Notes: generated by a model from the sequence alone, not told the origin. DNA of 38,519 bases from Ramlibacter sp. (GCA_028292185.1 JAQGMT010000314.1:1-38519); one strand, 5' to 3'. Shown: positions 1-9,678, numbered from the stretch's first letter. Numbers and translations are program-made.

Positions 1-23
1 AGGACTTGTTCTGCGGTCAACAT
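1..23 (-). CDS. phaP: Phasin (PHA granule protein), 5' end only; runs off the left edge
   Basis: Minus strand reads ATG TTG ACC GCA GAA CAA GTC CT = MLTAEQV(L), like betaproteobacterial phasin N-termini. GGAG SD lies 8 nt upstream and two PhaR-like palindromes are upstream. Only 7 full codons are visible. Confidence 0.7.
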
Positions 24-92
24 AATGATTTCTCCGGTGGGTTGGGTGGCAATTTCTCTAACTGCTCTGAACCTGGGCTTTTGCCCGCTGTT

Positions 93-166
93 TGTTGCAG
101 TGCAGCATGAGAGAGAGTATAAGCCGCCCGGCACCCTTTGCAAGGGGTTTTTGCTGCTTTGCAGCA
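93..166 (-). promoter_or_regulatory. phaP promoter with two PhaR-like operators
   Basis: TGTTGC-AGT-GCAGCA (93-107) and perfect TGCTGC-TTT-GCAGCA (152-166) flank a minus-strand TTGCAA (143-138)-16 nt-TATACT (121-116). TGC-rich palindromes are the known PhaR site type. Confidence 0.65.
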
Positions 167-220
167 TTCTAGAAGCCGCCCTCTAAAAGCGGCTCCGCAC
201 GGGGGCGACACAATGCCGTG

Positions 221-1150
221 ATGGAGGTTTTTTACGCCACGCAGTTCGTGCTGCCCCTGCCGCCGGGCCATCGGTTTCCGATGGCCAAGTACCAGCTTCT
301 TCGGGATCGCCTGACAGCTGAGCTGCCGGACCTCGAACTCTTGCAGGCTTCCCCCGCCACCGACGGTGAACTGGCGCTGGTCCACAGCCCGGCTTATGTG
401 GCGGCGATCTGCGACGGCAGCATCGATTCAAAGCTGATGCGCGAGATCGGCTTCCCCTGGAGCGCGGCGATGGCCGATCGTGCGCGGCGCTCGGTCGGCG
501 CCACCATCGCCGCCTGCCGGACGGCCCTGCGCAGCGGTGTCGCGGCGAACGTGGCGGGCGGCACGCACCACGCCTATGCCGATCGCGGCGGTGGATTCTG
601 CGTGTTCAACGACGCCGCGGTCGCCGCGCGGCTGATGCAGGCCGAGTGGCGGCGCTCGCACGCCCGACACTTGCATGTCGCGATCGTCGACCTCGACGTC
701 CATCAGGGCAACGGCACGGCCCGCATTTTCCGCGATGACCCGACCGTGTTCACGCTCTCGCTGCACGGCCAGAAGAATTTCCCCTTTCGCAAGGAGCCGA
801 GCGACCTGGACATCGAGTTGCCAGATGGTTGCGCGGACGACGAGTACCTCGCTGCCTTGGAGCAGGCGCTGCAGCAACTCGAGCAGCGTTTCGACCCCGG
901 ACTGGTGATCTACCTGGCCGGAGCAGACCCGCATGAAGGCGATCGCCTGGGCCGGCTGAAGCTCACCTGGGACGGCCTGGAAACGCGCGATCGGCGCGTG
1001 TTCGATTGGGCCTGGCAGCGGCAGGTGCCGCTGGCCTTTGCGATGGCGGGCGGCTACGGCGTGCGCATCGACGACACGGTGCAGGTGCAGGTGAACACGT
1101 TCAAGGTCGCGGCGCAATACGCGCGGCGCTGGCAGAATCGGGCGCGATGA
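221..1150 (+). CDS. Histone deacetylase (HDAC/AcuC) family Zn-dependent deacylase
   Basis: Motifs HRFPM, GGTHHA, GFCVFND, DLDVHQGNG, GADPHEGD, GGY. Start is ATG 221 or GTG 218. Confidence 0.92.
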   Translation: MEVFYATQFVLPLPPGHRFPMAKYQLLRDRLTAELPDLELLQASPATDGELALVHSPAYVAAICDGSIDSKLMREIGFPWSAAMADRARRSVGATIAACRTALRSGVAANVAGGTHHAYADRGGGFCVFNDAAVAARLMQAEWRRSHARHLHVAIVDLDVHQGNGTARIFRDDPTVFTLSLHGQKNFPFRKEPSDLDIELPDGCADDEYLAALEQALQQLEQRFDPGLVIYLAGADPHEGDRLGRLKLTWDGLETRDRRVFDWAWQRQVPLAFAMAGGYGVRIDDTVQVQVNTFKVAAQYARRWQNRAR

Positions 1151-1593
1151 CAGCACCCCCTCCTGAGAAACCCCAGCCTACCCCGCGCAGCGCCTATCGC
1201 GCATTTCGCACGATCGGCACCCGCTGGATGGACAACGATGCGTACGGCCACGTCAACAACGTCGTGTATTACAGCTGGTTCGACACGGTGGTGAATGCCC
1301 ACCTGATCGAGAGCGGCGTGCTCGACATTCAGCACGGCGCCGTGATCGGGCTGGTGGTGGAGACGCACTGCAATTATTTTTCCCCGATCGAGTTCCCGCA
1401 GAACGTGGAAGCCGGATTGCGGGTGGCGCACGTTGGCCGCTCCAGCGTGCGTTACGACGTGGGGCTGTTCGCGCAAGGCGAGCCGCTCACGGCGGCGAGG
1501 GGGCACTTCGTCCACGTGTATGTCGATCGTGCGACGCGCAAGCCGACCCTGTTGCCGGACGCGCTCAAAGCCGTGCTGGACGCACTCAAATGA
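1147..1593 (+). CDS. Acyl-CoA thioesterase (4HBT/YbgC hot-dog family)
   Basis: RWMDNDAYGHVNNVVYYSWFD motif. ATGA overlap with the upstream stop. Confidence 0.9.
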   Translation: MTAPPPEKPQPTPRSAYRAFRTIGTRWMDNDAYGHVNNVVYYSWFDTVVNAHLIESGVLDIQHGAVIGLVVETHCNYFSPIEFPQNVEAGLRVAHVGRSSVRYDVGLFAQGEPLTAARGHFVHVYVDRATRKPTLLPDALKAVLDALK

Positions 1594-2315
1594 TCGCCTC
1601 CCAGGTCAGCACGGTCGTGCGCGACGCCGGCAGCGTCGATGCGGCCATCGAGAGCCGGTTCTCCGCCCGGGCATTCCTGCCCACGCCGGTGCCGCGCGAG
1701 ACCATCGCCGAAATCCTGCGCGTCGCAACCCGCGCGCCTTCGGGCACCAATAGCCAGCCCTGGCACGTGTACGTGTTGCAAGGAACGGGCCGCGGCAGCC
1801 TGGCCGACAAGGTCTGCGCGGCGCACGACGCGGTGTACGCGCAGCCCGAACTCGCAGCGCAGTACGCGGGCGACTACGACTACTATCCGCGCAAGTGGGA
1901 GCCGCCGTACCTGGAGCGGCGGCGCGAAAACGGCTGGGGACTGTATGGCTTGCTGGGCATCGCGCGCGGCGAGAAGGACAAGATGCACGCGCAGCACCAG
2001 CGAAATTTCCGGTTCTTCGGCGCGCCGGTCGGCTTGATGTTCACGATCGACCGGGTGCTGGCGCGTGGCTCCCTGCTCGATTACGGCATGTTCCTGCAGA
2101 ACATCATGGTGGCGGCGCGAGCGCGTGGGCTGCACACCTGCCCGCAGGCAGCCTGGATCGACTTCGCCAGGATCGTGCAAGACCACATAGGCGCCGACCC
2201 GCAAGAAATGCTGGTTTGTGGCATGTCGATCGGCTATGCCGATGAAAAGGAAAAGGTCAACAGCTTCCACACTCCGCGCGTGGCGGTGGAGGCGTTCACG
2301 CGCTGGATGGACTGA
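1590..2315 (+). CDS. Nitroreductase family protein
   Basis: SRFSARAF, RAPSGTNSQPW and FFGAPV motifs. ATGA overlap. Confidence 0.92.
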   Translation: MIASQVSTVVRDAGSVDAAIESRFSARAFLPTPVPRETIAEILRVATRAPSGTNSQPWHVYVLQGTGRGSLADKVCAAHDAVYAQPELAAQYAGDYDYYPRKWEPPYLERRRENGWGLYGLLGIARGEKDKMHAQHQRNFRFFGAPVGLMFTIDRVLARGSLLDYGMFLQNIMVAARARGLHTCPQAAWIDFARIVQDHIGADPQEMLVCGMSIGYADEKEKVNSFHTPRVAVEAFTRWMD

Positions 2316-2355
2316 GCGCGCCGCGCGCCCAGTCCCTGCCCTTCGGGCCGGCGTC

Positions 2356-2574
2356 TTACCTATCGAAGCGGTAGTCGGGGTTGCTGCGCTCGAAGGTGTC
2401 GACCTGCCGCTCGGCTTCGTCCTTGGCGACGCCGTGGCGCTGCTGGATGCGTCCGAGCAGCTGGTCGCGCTTGCCGCCGATTACGTCGAGGTCGTCGTCG
2501 GTGAGCTTGCCCCATTGCTCCTTGACCTTGCCCTTGATGGATTTCCAGCTGCCTTCGATCCGGTCGTTGTTCAT
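2356..2574 (-). CDS. csbD: CsbD/YjbJ family general stress protein
   Basis: MNNDRIEGSWKSIKGKVKEQWGKLTDDDL...LLGRIQQRHG. GGAG SD before ATG 2574. Confidence 0.93.
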   Translation of the reverse strand: MNNDRIEGSWKSIKGKVKEQWGKLTDDDLDVIGGKRDQLLGRIQQRHGVAKDEAERQVDTFERSNPDYRFDR

Positions 2575-2682
2575 GGTGCTCTCCGATCTTGGTTTCACCG
2601 CGCAGGCAGGACGCCGGCGTCAGCCCAAAAAACTTTAGGGTGGGGCGGCCTGCGCGGCGGTAGGACCCTCGGGTGCACTTTC

Positions 2683-2698
2683 GTAGGCACCTGCCTAC
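2683..2698. promoter_or_regulatory. Perfect palindrome GTAGGCA-CC-TGCCTAC, candidate operator upstream of csbD
   Basis: 16-bp palindrome in a divergent intergenic region, with an extra GTAGG half-site at 2660-2664. Regulator unknown. Confidence 0.45.
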
Positions 2699-2800
2699 AG
2701 TCGCGCTGGGCGGGAGGCGCCATTGAAAGTACGGGTACAGCCGAGCACGCATAATCGGGCCCTCTCGCCCTCCGAAGAAACCAAGCACAGAGACCGAATC

Positions 2801-3781
2801 ATGGCCAAACACAAGATCCTCGTCGCCCGCGCCGTCTTCCCCGAAATCATCGCGCTGCTCGAGCAGCATTTCGAGGTCGAGCACAACCAGGCCGACGAGC
2901 CCTGGTCCCGGGACCAGCTGATGCAGAAGATTCGCGACAAGGCGGGCGCCTTCACCACGGGCGGGGAGCGCATCGACGCGCCCTTGCTGGACAGCGCCTC
3001 GCAATTGAAGATCTGCGCCAACATGGCGGTGGGCTACAACAACTTCGATGTGCCGGCGATGACGCAACGACGCGTGCTGGCGACCAACACGCCCGACGTG
3101 CTGACCGAAACCACGGCGGATTTCGGCTTCGCGCTGGTGATGTCGATCGCGCGCCGGATGGCGGAGAGCGAACACTACCTGCGAGCCGGCAAGTGGGACC
3201 GCTGGCGCTACGACATGTTCGCCGGCTCCGACGTACATGGCAGCACCCTGGGGATTCTCGGCATGGGCCGCATCGGACAAGGCATCGCGCGGCGTGGCGC
3301 CCACGGGTTCGGCATGAACGTGATCTATCACAACCGCTCGCGCCTCACGCCCGAGCTCGAGGCGCAATGCAAGGCGCGCTACGTCGGGAAGCAGGAATTG
3401 CTGCAGACGGCCGACCATCTGGTGCTGGTGCTGCCGTACTCGGCCGAATCGCACCACACCATTGGCGCCGCCGAGCTGGCGCTGATGAAGCCCACCGCCA
3501 ATCTGATCAACCTGGCGCGCGGCGGTATCGTCGATGACGCCGCGCTGGCGCAAGCCCTGCGCGATCGGCGCATCGCCGGCGCCGCACTGGACGTGTACGA
3601 AGGTGAGCCCAAGCTCAATCCCGCTTTGCTGACGGTCCCGAACGTCGTGCTGACGCCGCACATCGCCAGCGCCACCGTGCCCACCCGCATGGCAATGGCC
3701 AAGCTGGCGGCCGACAACCTGATTGGTTTCCTGGTGCACGGCAAACCGTTGACGCCCCTGAATCCTGAAGTTCTGGTCTAG
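2801..3781 (+). CDS. D-isomer-specific 2-hydroxyacid dehydrogenase (glyoxylate/hydroxypyruvate reductase-like)
   Basis: AVGYNNFD, TNTPDVL, GILGMGRIG, INLARGG, LDVYEGEP and LTPHIASA motifs. Confidence 0.92.
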   Translation: MAKHKILVARAVFPEIIALLEQHFEVEHNQADEPWSRDQLMQKIRDKAGAFTTGGERIDAPLLDSASQLKICANMAVGYNNFDVPAMTQRRVLATNTPDVLTETTADFGFALVMSIARRMAESEHYLRAGKWDRWRYDMFAGSDVHGSTLGILGMGRIGQGIARRGAHGFGMNVIYHNRSRLTPELEAQCKARYVGKQELLQTADHLVLVLPYSAESHHTIGAAELALMKPTANLINLARGGIVDDAALAQALRDRRIAGAALDVYEGEPKLNPALLTVPNVVLTPHIASATVPTRMAMAKLAADNLIGFLVHGKPLTPLNPEVLV

Positions 3782-3783
3782 CC

Positions 3784-5121
3784 TTGGAAATATGGACGCT
3801 TGTCGCGCTGGCCATCGCCAACCTGGTGCTGGCCTTCGTGCTGTTGATGCGCAAGCCGCCGGGGGACCAGGCCGGGCGCACGGAATTGCTGGCCGCCAAC
3901 GAACGGCTCGAGCGCGAGTTGCGCCGTGAGATCAGCGAGTCCTCGCGCGGGGCGCGCACCGAGCTGACGCACACCCTCGCGACGTTTCAGGACGCTTTGG
4001 TGAAGCAGGGCGCCGAAGCCACCCGCACGCAGAACACCCAGATCGACGCCTTCGGGCAGCAGCTCACGCTGCTGCAAAAGACCTTGTCGGACACGCTGTC
4101 GCTGCAGTTGCAGAGCCTGAGCGAATCCAATGCCCGGCGGCTGGCGGAGGTGCGCAGCACGCTCGAAGCGCAACTGGCAATGCTGCAGCAAACCAATATC
4201 GCCAAGCTCGACGAAATGCGCAAGACGGTCGACGAGAAGCTGCAGACCACCTTGGAGACGCGGCTCGGCGAAAGCTTCAAGCAGGTGGCGGACCGGCTGG
4301 AGCAGGTGCACAAGGGTTTGGGCGAAATGCAAAGCCTCGCGCAAGGCGTCGGCGACCTGCAGCGCGTGCTGACCAATGTGAAGTCGCGCGGCATGTTCGG
4401 CGAGGTTCAGCTCGAGGCGCTGCTGGAGCAGGTTCTCACCAACGAACAGTACGCCAAGCAGGTGGAGACCAAGCCGCGCAGCAACCAGCGGGTGGATTTC
4501 GCGATTCGCTTTCCGGGCCGCAGCGCCGACGGTACGCCGGTGTGGCTGCCGATCGATGCAAAATTTCCGCGCGACGACTACGAGCGGCTGCTCGATGCGC
4601 AGGACCGCGCCGATCCTGCCGCGGCCGATATCGCCGCGCGCGCGCTTGAATCGCGTATCAAGACCGAAGCCAAGTCGATCTGCGAGAGCTACCTGTGCCC
4701 GCCGCACACCACCGACTTCGCCATCCTGTTCCTGCCGGTGGAGAGCCTCTACGCCGAAGTGCTGCGCCGTCCGGGGCTGATGGACAGCCTGCAGCGCGAC
4801 TACCGGGTGACGTTGGCCGGCCCGACGACGCTGCTGGCCATGCTCAACAGCCTGCACATGGGCTTCCGTACCTTGGCGCTGGAACACCAGGCCTCGGAGG
4901 TCTGGAAGGTGCTGGGCGCCGTGAAGACCGAGTTCGAGCGCTACGGCACCTGGGTCGAGAAGATCCGCGAGCAGGTGCGCAAGGCTTCCGACACGCTGGA
5001 CACCGCGCACACCCGCACCAACCAGATGCGGCGTGCGCTCAAGGTGGTGGAAGCCCTGCCGGATGCGCAGGCGCAGGCGCTGCTGCCGCCGGTGGCCGAA
5101 GGAGACGAGACGCTTCCATGA
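3784..5121 (+). CDS. rmuC: DNA recombination protein RmuC
   Basis: N-terminal TM, coiled coil, KSRGMFGEVQLE, PIDAKFP, TTDFAILFLPVESLY, GPTTL. TTG start. Confidence 0.93.
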   Translation: MEIWTLVALAIANLVLAFVLLMRKPPGDQAGRTELLAANERLERELRREISESSRGARTELTHTLATFQDALVKQGAEATRTQNTQIDAFGQQLTLLQKTLSDTLSLQLQSLSESNARRLAEVRSTLEAQLAMLQQTNIAKLDEMRKTVDEKLQTTLETRLGESFKQVADRLEQVHKGLGEMQSLAQGVGDLQRVLTNVKSRGMFGEVQLEALLEQVLTNEQYAKQVETKPRSNQRVDFAIRFPGRSADGTPVWLPIDAKFPRDDYERLLDAQDRADPAAADIAARALESRIKTEAKSICESYLCPPHTTDFAILFLPVESLYAEVLRRPGLMDSLQRDYRVTLAGPTTLLAMLNSLHMGFRTLALEHQASEVWKVLGAVKTEFERYGTWVEKIREQVRKASDTLDTAHTRTNQMRRALKVVEALPDAQAQALLPPVAEGDETLP

Positions 5122-5131
5122 GCGTCAGGCC

Positions 5132-6274
5132 ATGAACGCAGCGCTCGCGCGGCTGATCGCCGGCCAGGTGTTCCTGCAGGCCTGCATGGCGGGCACGCGC
5201 CTGGCGGCGCCGCTGCTCGCCCTGCACGATGGGCAGAGCGAAGCCGCGGTCGGCGTGCTGCTCGCCCTGTTCGCCCTCACCCAGGTTTTTCTCGCGCTGC
5301 CGGCAGGGCGCTACGCGGACCGTCACGGGCTGAAGCGGCCGATGGCGCTGAGCGTGGTCGCCGCGGTGCTGGGGGCGGGGCTGGCCGCCGCCTTTCCGGT
5401 GTTCCCGGTGTTGTGCCTGAGTGCGCTGCTCACAGGCGGCGCCACCGGCGCTGCCTCGATCGCCTTGCAGCGTCACGTCGGCCGCGCGGCGGAAACACCG
5501 ACGCAGCTCAAGCAGGTGTTCTCGTGGCTCGCCCTCGGGCCGGCGATCTCGAACTTCCTCGGTCCCTTCACCGCCGGCCTGATGATCGACCATGCCGGTT
5601 TCCGGCTGGCGTTCCTGCTGCTGGCCTTTTTCCCGCTGGCGGCGTGGTACTGGGTGCGCACCGCCGAGGAATTGCCGCCGGTGGTGCGGGCCGAGCAGCA
5701 TCGGCACGAGCGAACCCGGGACCTGCTGCGCGAGCCGATGTTCCGGCGGCTGCTGATGGTCAACTGGTTCCTTTCGTCCTGCTGGGACGTGCACACCTTC
5801 GTGGTGCCCGTGCTGGGCCATCAGCGCGGCCTATCTGCTTCCGCGATCGGTTCCATCCTGGGCGGCTTCGCGATCGCGGCCGCCGTGGTACGGGTGCTGC
5901 TGCCCCTGATCGCCGCGCATCTGCGCGAACGGACGGTGATCGCCGGCGCGATGATCACCACAGCGGTGCTGTTCGGCATCTATCCCTTCGTCCAGACCGC
6001 GCTGGCGATGGGCATGTGTTCGGTGCTGCTGGGCCTGGCTTTGGGCACCGTGCAGCCCATGGTCATGAGCACCTTGCACCAGATCACGCCGGAACACCGG
6101 CACGGCGAAGCGGTGGCGCTGCGCGTGATGGCCATCAATGCATCGAGCGTTGCGATGCCCATGATGTTCGGGCTGGCCGGCACGCTGATCGGCATCTCCG
6201 GGGTGTTCTGGTTCGTGGGCGCGGTGGTGGGCGCCGGCGCCCGGCTGGCCTGGGGCTTGAAAGACGTTCGGTAA
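5132..6274 (+). CDS. MFS transporter
   Basis: About 12 hydrophobic segments and a GRYADRHGLK motif-A-like loop. Confidence 0.88.
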   Translation: MNAALARLIAGQVFLQACMAGTRLAAPLLALHDGQSEAAVGVLLALFALTQVFLALPAGRYADRHGLKRPMALSVVAAVLGAGLAAAFPVFPVLCLSALLTGGATGAASIALQRHVGRAAETPTQLKQVFSWLALGPAISNFLGPFTAGLMIDHAGFRLAFLLLAFFPLAAWYWVRTAEELPPVVRAEQHRHERTRDLLREPMFRRLLMVNWFLSSCWDVHTFVVPVLGHQRGLSASAIGSILGGFAIAAAVVRVLLPLIAAHLRERTVIAGAMITTAVLFGIYPFVQTALAMGMCSVLLGLALGTVQPMVMSTLHQITPEHRHGEAVALRVMAINASSVAMPMMFGLAGTLIGISGVFWFVGAVVGAGARLAWGLKDVR

Positions 6275-6292
6275 CCGTCGGCGAGCCGGGCG

Positions 6293-6649
6293 TCAGCCCC
6301 GCGTTACGTGCGCTGACACGCAGACCCAGCGCCCGTCCTGCCGCAGCCACACATCGGTATAGCGGCCGGCACCCGGCTGGCCATCGGCCTTCACGTAAGT
6401 GGTGCGCCCGTGTGCGAGGGCGGTGTCGGCGAAGATACGGATTTGCACATCCTCGACGCCGAACTGGGCGACCGGGCAGGGCGGCGCGATCTGGCGCAGG
6501 AACGCGGCGCGGTCGATCAGCGTTCCGTCGGGATTGCTGTTGAGGAAATCTTGCGAAAGGTTCTGCTCGAACCATTGCACATCCGAGGTCCGCACCGAGC
6601 GGATGTATCCCTCGTTGAGCTTTTCGAGCACCTGAAGGTCGCTGTTCAT
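6293..6649 (-). CDS. NTF2-like / DUF4440 family protein
   Basis: 118 aa with PDGTLIDRAAFL and GRYTDVWLRQDGRWVCVSAH. ATGA overlap with the LOG gene stop. Confidence 0.85.
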   Translation of the reverse strand: MNSDLQVLEKLNEGYIRSVRTSDVQWFEQNLSQDFLNSNPDGTLIDRAAFLRQIAPPCPVAQFGVEDVQIRIFADTALAHGRTTYVKADGQPGAGRYTDVWLRQDGRWVCVSAHVTRG

Positions 6650-7509
6650 AGCCGGTAGAACGCCTTGATGATGTTCCAGGCGGTGTCCGGGTCGTCGGCG
6701 TACTGGAACAGGTCGAGGTCGGCGCTGGAGATCACGCCTTCCTCGATCAGCACGTCGAAGTTGATCAGGCGTTTCCAATAGTCGGAGCCGAACAGCACGA
6801 TCGGGACCTGCCGTGCCTTGCGGGTCTGCACCAGCGTGATCACCTCGAACAGCTCGTCCAGCGTGCCGAAGCCCCCCGGGAACGCCACCAGCGCCTTGGC
6901 GCGCATCATGAAGTGCATCTTGCGCAGGGCGAAGTAGTGGAACTTGAACGAGAGGGCGGGCGTGACGTACGGATTGGCGGCTTCTTCCATCGGCAGCGCG
7001 ATCGCCAGCCCGACGCTGATGCCGTCCGCCTCGTACGCGCCGCGGTTGGCGCCCTGCATGATGCCGGGGCCGCCGCCGGTGCAGATGAACAACATGTCCT
7101 CCGGGTCCTTGCCGGCGCTGTACTGCGCGACCAGCTTGCCGAAGGCGCGGGCCTTTTCGTAGTAATGGGCGTTGCGCGCCAATGCGCGCGCCCGGCGCGC
7201 CTGCGTTTCGTCGCCGGAGGCCTCCGCAGCCACCACCAATGCGGCCGATTCCTCTTCGCTGCGGAAACGCGCGCTGCCGAACACCACGATCGTGTTCTCG
7301 ATGCCCATGGCCTGCTGTTCGAGGTCGGGCTTGAGCAATTCCAGCTGGAAGCGGATGCCGCGGGTTTCGCGCCGCAGCAGGAACTCGGGATCGGCGAAGG
7401 CCAGCCGGCTCGCGTCGGGGTCCAGCGGCAGCCCGGCGCTGGAATGCGTCTGCAGGGTGGCCCAGGCATCGGCGAGACGCCGGTCGTGAATGTTGCGGGT
7501 GGAAGGCAT
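6646..7509 (-). CDS. LOG family (TIGR00730-like) Rossmann-fold nucleotide phosphoribohydrolase
   Basis: VVFGSAR, TGGGPGIM, FHYFALRK and FPGGFGTLDELFE motifs. Confidence 0.9.
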   Translation of the reverse strand: MPSTRNIHDRRLADAWATLQTHSSAGLPLDPDASRLAFADPEFLLRRETRGIRFQLELLKPDLEQQAMGIENTIVVFGSARFRSEEESAALVVAAEASGDETQARRARALARNAHYYEKARAFGKLVAQYSAGKDPEDMLFICTGGGPGIMQGANRGAYEADGISVGLAIALPMEEAANPYVTPALSFKFHYFALRKMHFMMRAKALVAFPGGFGTLDELFEVITLVQTRKARQVPIVLFGSDYWKRLINFDVLIEEGVISSADLDLFQYADDPDTAWNIIKAFYRL

Positions 7510-7577
7510 GGCGCCATTTTGCGGCAATGCCGGCGCTTCTCCGTTATCCTTGCGCCCAAACAGCAGTTGGGGCAGAG

Positions 7578-8261
7578 GTGGACCAGACCGCTTATCACGT
7601 CTTGCTGGAGGGCAGCCGGGTGGGGCCTTACGACCGCAGGACCATCGTCGGTATGCGCATCAAGAAGGCGCTGACGAGCGACCACGTGCTCGTCGGGGCG
7701 GACGGCACGCAGCTGACCGTGGGGGAGCTCATTCGCCGCAGGTCTCCCACCCCCTTCAATCCCGAGCGCAGCGGCAGCTATTCGGTGGTTCAAGGCGCCT
7801 ATGCGGCCTCCTTGGTGCAAGTGAGCGGGAGCTGGCTGGAAATTCCGCGCTTCAAGGGGGAAGTCGAAGCGCGGGTTCAGGCGGACGGCGTGCTGCGCCT
7901 GGCTGGGCGGTTTCGCCGCGGCTTCGGCTGGAAGGATGGGCGGGTCAAGATCGCGCTGAAGGCCGTGGCCCACGTCCGCGTCGCGGGCACGCAGGTGGAA
8001 TTGGGGCTGCGCGGCGATGCCAGCGGCCGACCTGCGCAATTGACCCTGGACCTGTTCACGCCCGAGACCGCCAACGAGTTCGTCCAATGGCTCCCCGACG
8101 CGACCCCGTTCCCGGCTGTGTTGCCGAATGCCAAGGGTAGAACCGCAACGCCGCCCGCAGCCAGCCAGCAAGCCGTATGGATGGCGGCGGTGTCGGTGAG
8201 TTCGGTGGCGGTGGTGGTGGCCGTGGTCTTTCTGGTCGTGCTGTACCGCGGCGGGCACTGA
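7578..8261 (+). CDS. Hypothetical protein with GYF_2-like N-terminus and C-terminal TM anchor
   Basis: GTG start after GGCAGAG. YHVLLEGSRVGPYDRRTI resembles the GYF_2/DUF4339 pattern. Hydrophobic C-tail followed by YRGGH. Start uncertain. Confidence 0.65.
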   Translation: MDQTAYHVLLEGSRVGPYDRRTIVGMRIKKALTSDHVLVGADGTQLTVGELIRRRSPTPFNPERSGSYSVVQGAYAASLVQVSGSWLEIPRFKGEVEARVQADGVLRLAGRFRRGFGWKDGRVKIALKAVAHVRVAGTQVELGLRGDASGRPAQLTLDLFTPETANEFVQWLPDATPFPAVLPNAKGRTATPPAASQQAVWMAAVSVSSVAVVVAVVFLVVLYRGGH

Positions 8262-8273
8262 GCGGGCGAGGCC

Positions 8274-9059
8274 TTAGAGCGACAGCCAGTGCAGCAAGCG
8301 CTCGCGTGCCGCGCCGAGGTTCTTGTAATCGAGCACGGCCTGCGACATTGAGGCCAGCGAGTCGCGCATCCGCTGCGCCTGCTCGCGCGTCTGCACCGCT
8401 TGCGTGAGCGGCTGCAGCTTCACCCGGATGGCAAAGACGGCCTGGCGTGTTCCCTGGCCGACGGGGAAGAAGACCTGCCGCTCCGAGCGCAACCAGCACT
8501 GGCGCGCGAATTCGTTCGCATCCTGAACCTGCGGCCACGCGGTGCGCTCATGACGGCGCGGATGCCGGTCGTAGCGCCCCGAGGGGCTGACGGTCCAGAC
8601 CGAACGCTCCCAGCAGTCGCCGCCGGTGGCCAGAGCCACCAACTGCTGTGAGGCTGCGACGAGCGCCGCGTTGTCGGCGACCGGTCCGTGCAACGCCGCG
8701 AAATCCAGGCCCAGCTTGTCTTCGGGCGCCCAGTGCGAGGGCACGCAGACGCACAACCAGGGCAGGGCCCCGGTGGCGCCATCGAGCACCGCGAAGTCTT
8801 CTTCGAATCCAAGCTCCAGGGGCGTTTCCGAGTCACGCCACAGCCGGGGCGATCGCGCGGCGATTGCATTCAGCGCCGGCGTGGGATCGAAGCCGTCCAG
8901 CATGTGCCGCGATTGGCGCGCTTCGAGGACCGAGCGCTTCTCCGCGTACAGCGCCGTTTGCGGATCGAGCGGCGTCAGCTGCAAGGTCTCGGACGGCACA
9001 CGCCGCAGCCCCGGTTGCATCCGAAACGGAACGGCGATGTGGCGGAAGTCGAAGTCCAT
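8274..9059 (-). CDS. DUF3445 / heme-dependent oxidative N-demethylase alpha-like protein
   Basis: PFRMQPGL, EEDFAVLD, VCVPSHWAPEDKLG, LHGPVAD, LRSERQ and YK motifs. Confidence 0.82.
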   Translation of the reverse strand: MDFDFRHIAVPFRMQPGLRRVPSETLQLTPLDPQTALYAEKRSVLEARQSRHMLDGFDPTPALNAIAARSPRLWRDSETPLELGFEEDFAVLDGATGALPWLCVCVPSHWAPEDKLGLDFAALHGPVADNAALVAASQQLVALATGGDCWERSVWTVSPSGRYDRHPRRHERTAWPQVQDANEFARQCWLRSERQVFFPVGQGTRQAVFAIRVKLQPLTQAVQTREQAQRMRDSLASMSQAVLDYKNLGAARERLLHWLSL

Positions 9060-9074
9060 CGAAGGCGGGTCGGA

Positions 9075-9100
9075 CAAACAAAAGGCTCCTTGCGGAGCCT
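9075..9100 (-). terminator. Intrinsic terminator of efp
   Basis: Minus strand AGGCTCC-GCAA-GGAGCCT followed by TTTGTTTG. Confidence 0.8.
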
Positions 9101-9123
9101 ATCGTAGCGGGCGCAGTGCGCGA

Positions 9124-9678
9124 TCAGACCCGGCGGCGGTATTCACCGGTGCGGGTATCGATTTCCACCTTGTCGCCCTGGGCCACGAAGATCGGCACGC
9201 CGATGTCGAATCCGGTGGAGATCTTGGCGGGCTTGAGCACCTTGCCGGAGGTGTCGCCCTTCACGGCGGGCTCGGTCCAGGTGATTTCGCGCTCGACGCT
9301 GGTGGGCAGTTCGACCGACAGGGCCTTGCCCTCGTAGAACACCACGTCGGCGGGCATGCCGTCTTCCAGGTAGTTCAGCGCGTCGCCCATGTTCTCCTTT
9401 TCCACCTCGAACTGGTTGAACTCGGAGTCCATGAACACATACATCGGGTCGGCAAAGTAGGAGTAGGTGCACTCCTTCTTGTCCAGCACGATCTGGTCCA
9501 TCTTGTCGTCGGCCTTGAAGACGACTTCGGTGTTGAAGTTGGCAATCAGGCTCTTGAGCTTCATGCGCACGGTGGCCGAATTGCGGCCGCCGCGGGAGTA
9601 TTCGGTCTTCAGGACCACCATCGGGTCCTTGCCGTGCATGATGACGTTGCCGGCGCGGATGTCTTGAGCGATTTTCAT
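9124..9678 (-). CDS. efp: Elongation factor P (Arg32, EarP-rhamnosylated type)
   Basis: 184 aa. SRGGRNSA loop with Arg at position 32, PAVKGDT, DTRTGEY. Confidence 0.97.
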   Translation of the reverse strand: MKIAQDIRAGNVIMHGKDPMVVLKTEYSRGGRNSATVRMKLKSLIANFNTEVVFKADDKMDQIVLDKKECTYSYFADPMYVFMDSEFNQFEVEKENMGDALNYLEDGMPADVVFYEGKALSVELPTSVEREITWTEPAVKGDTSGKVLKPAKISTGFDIGVPIFVAQGDKVEIDTRTGEYRRRV

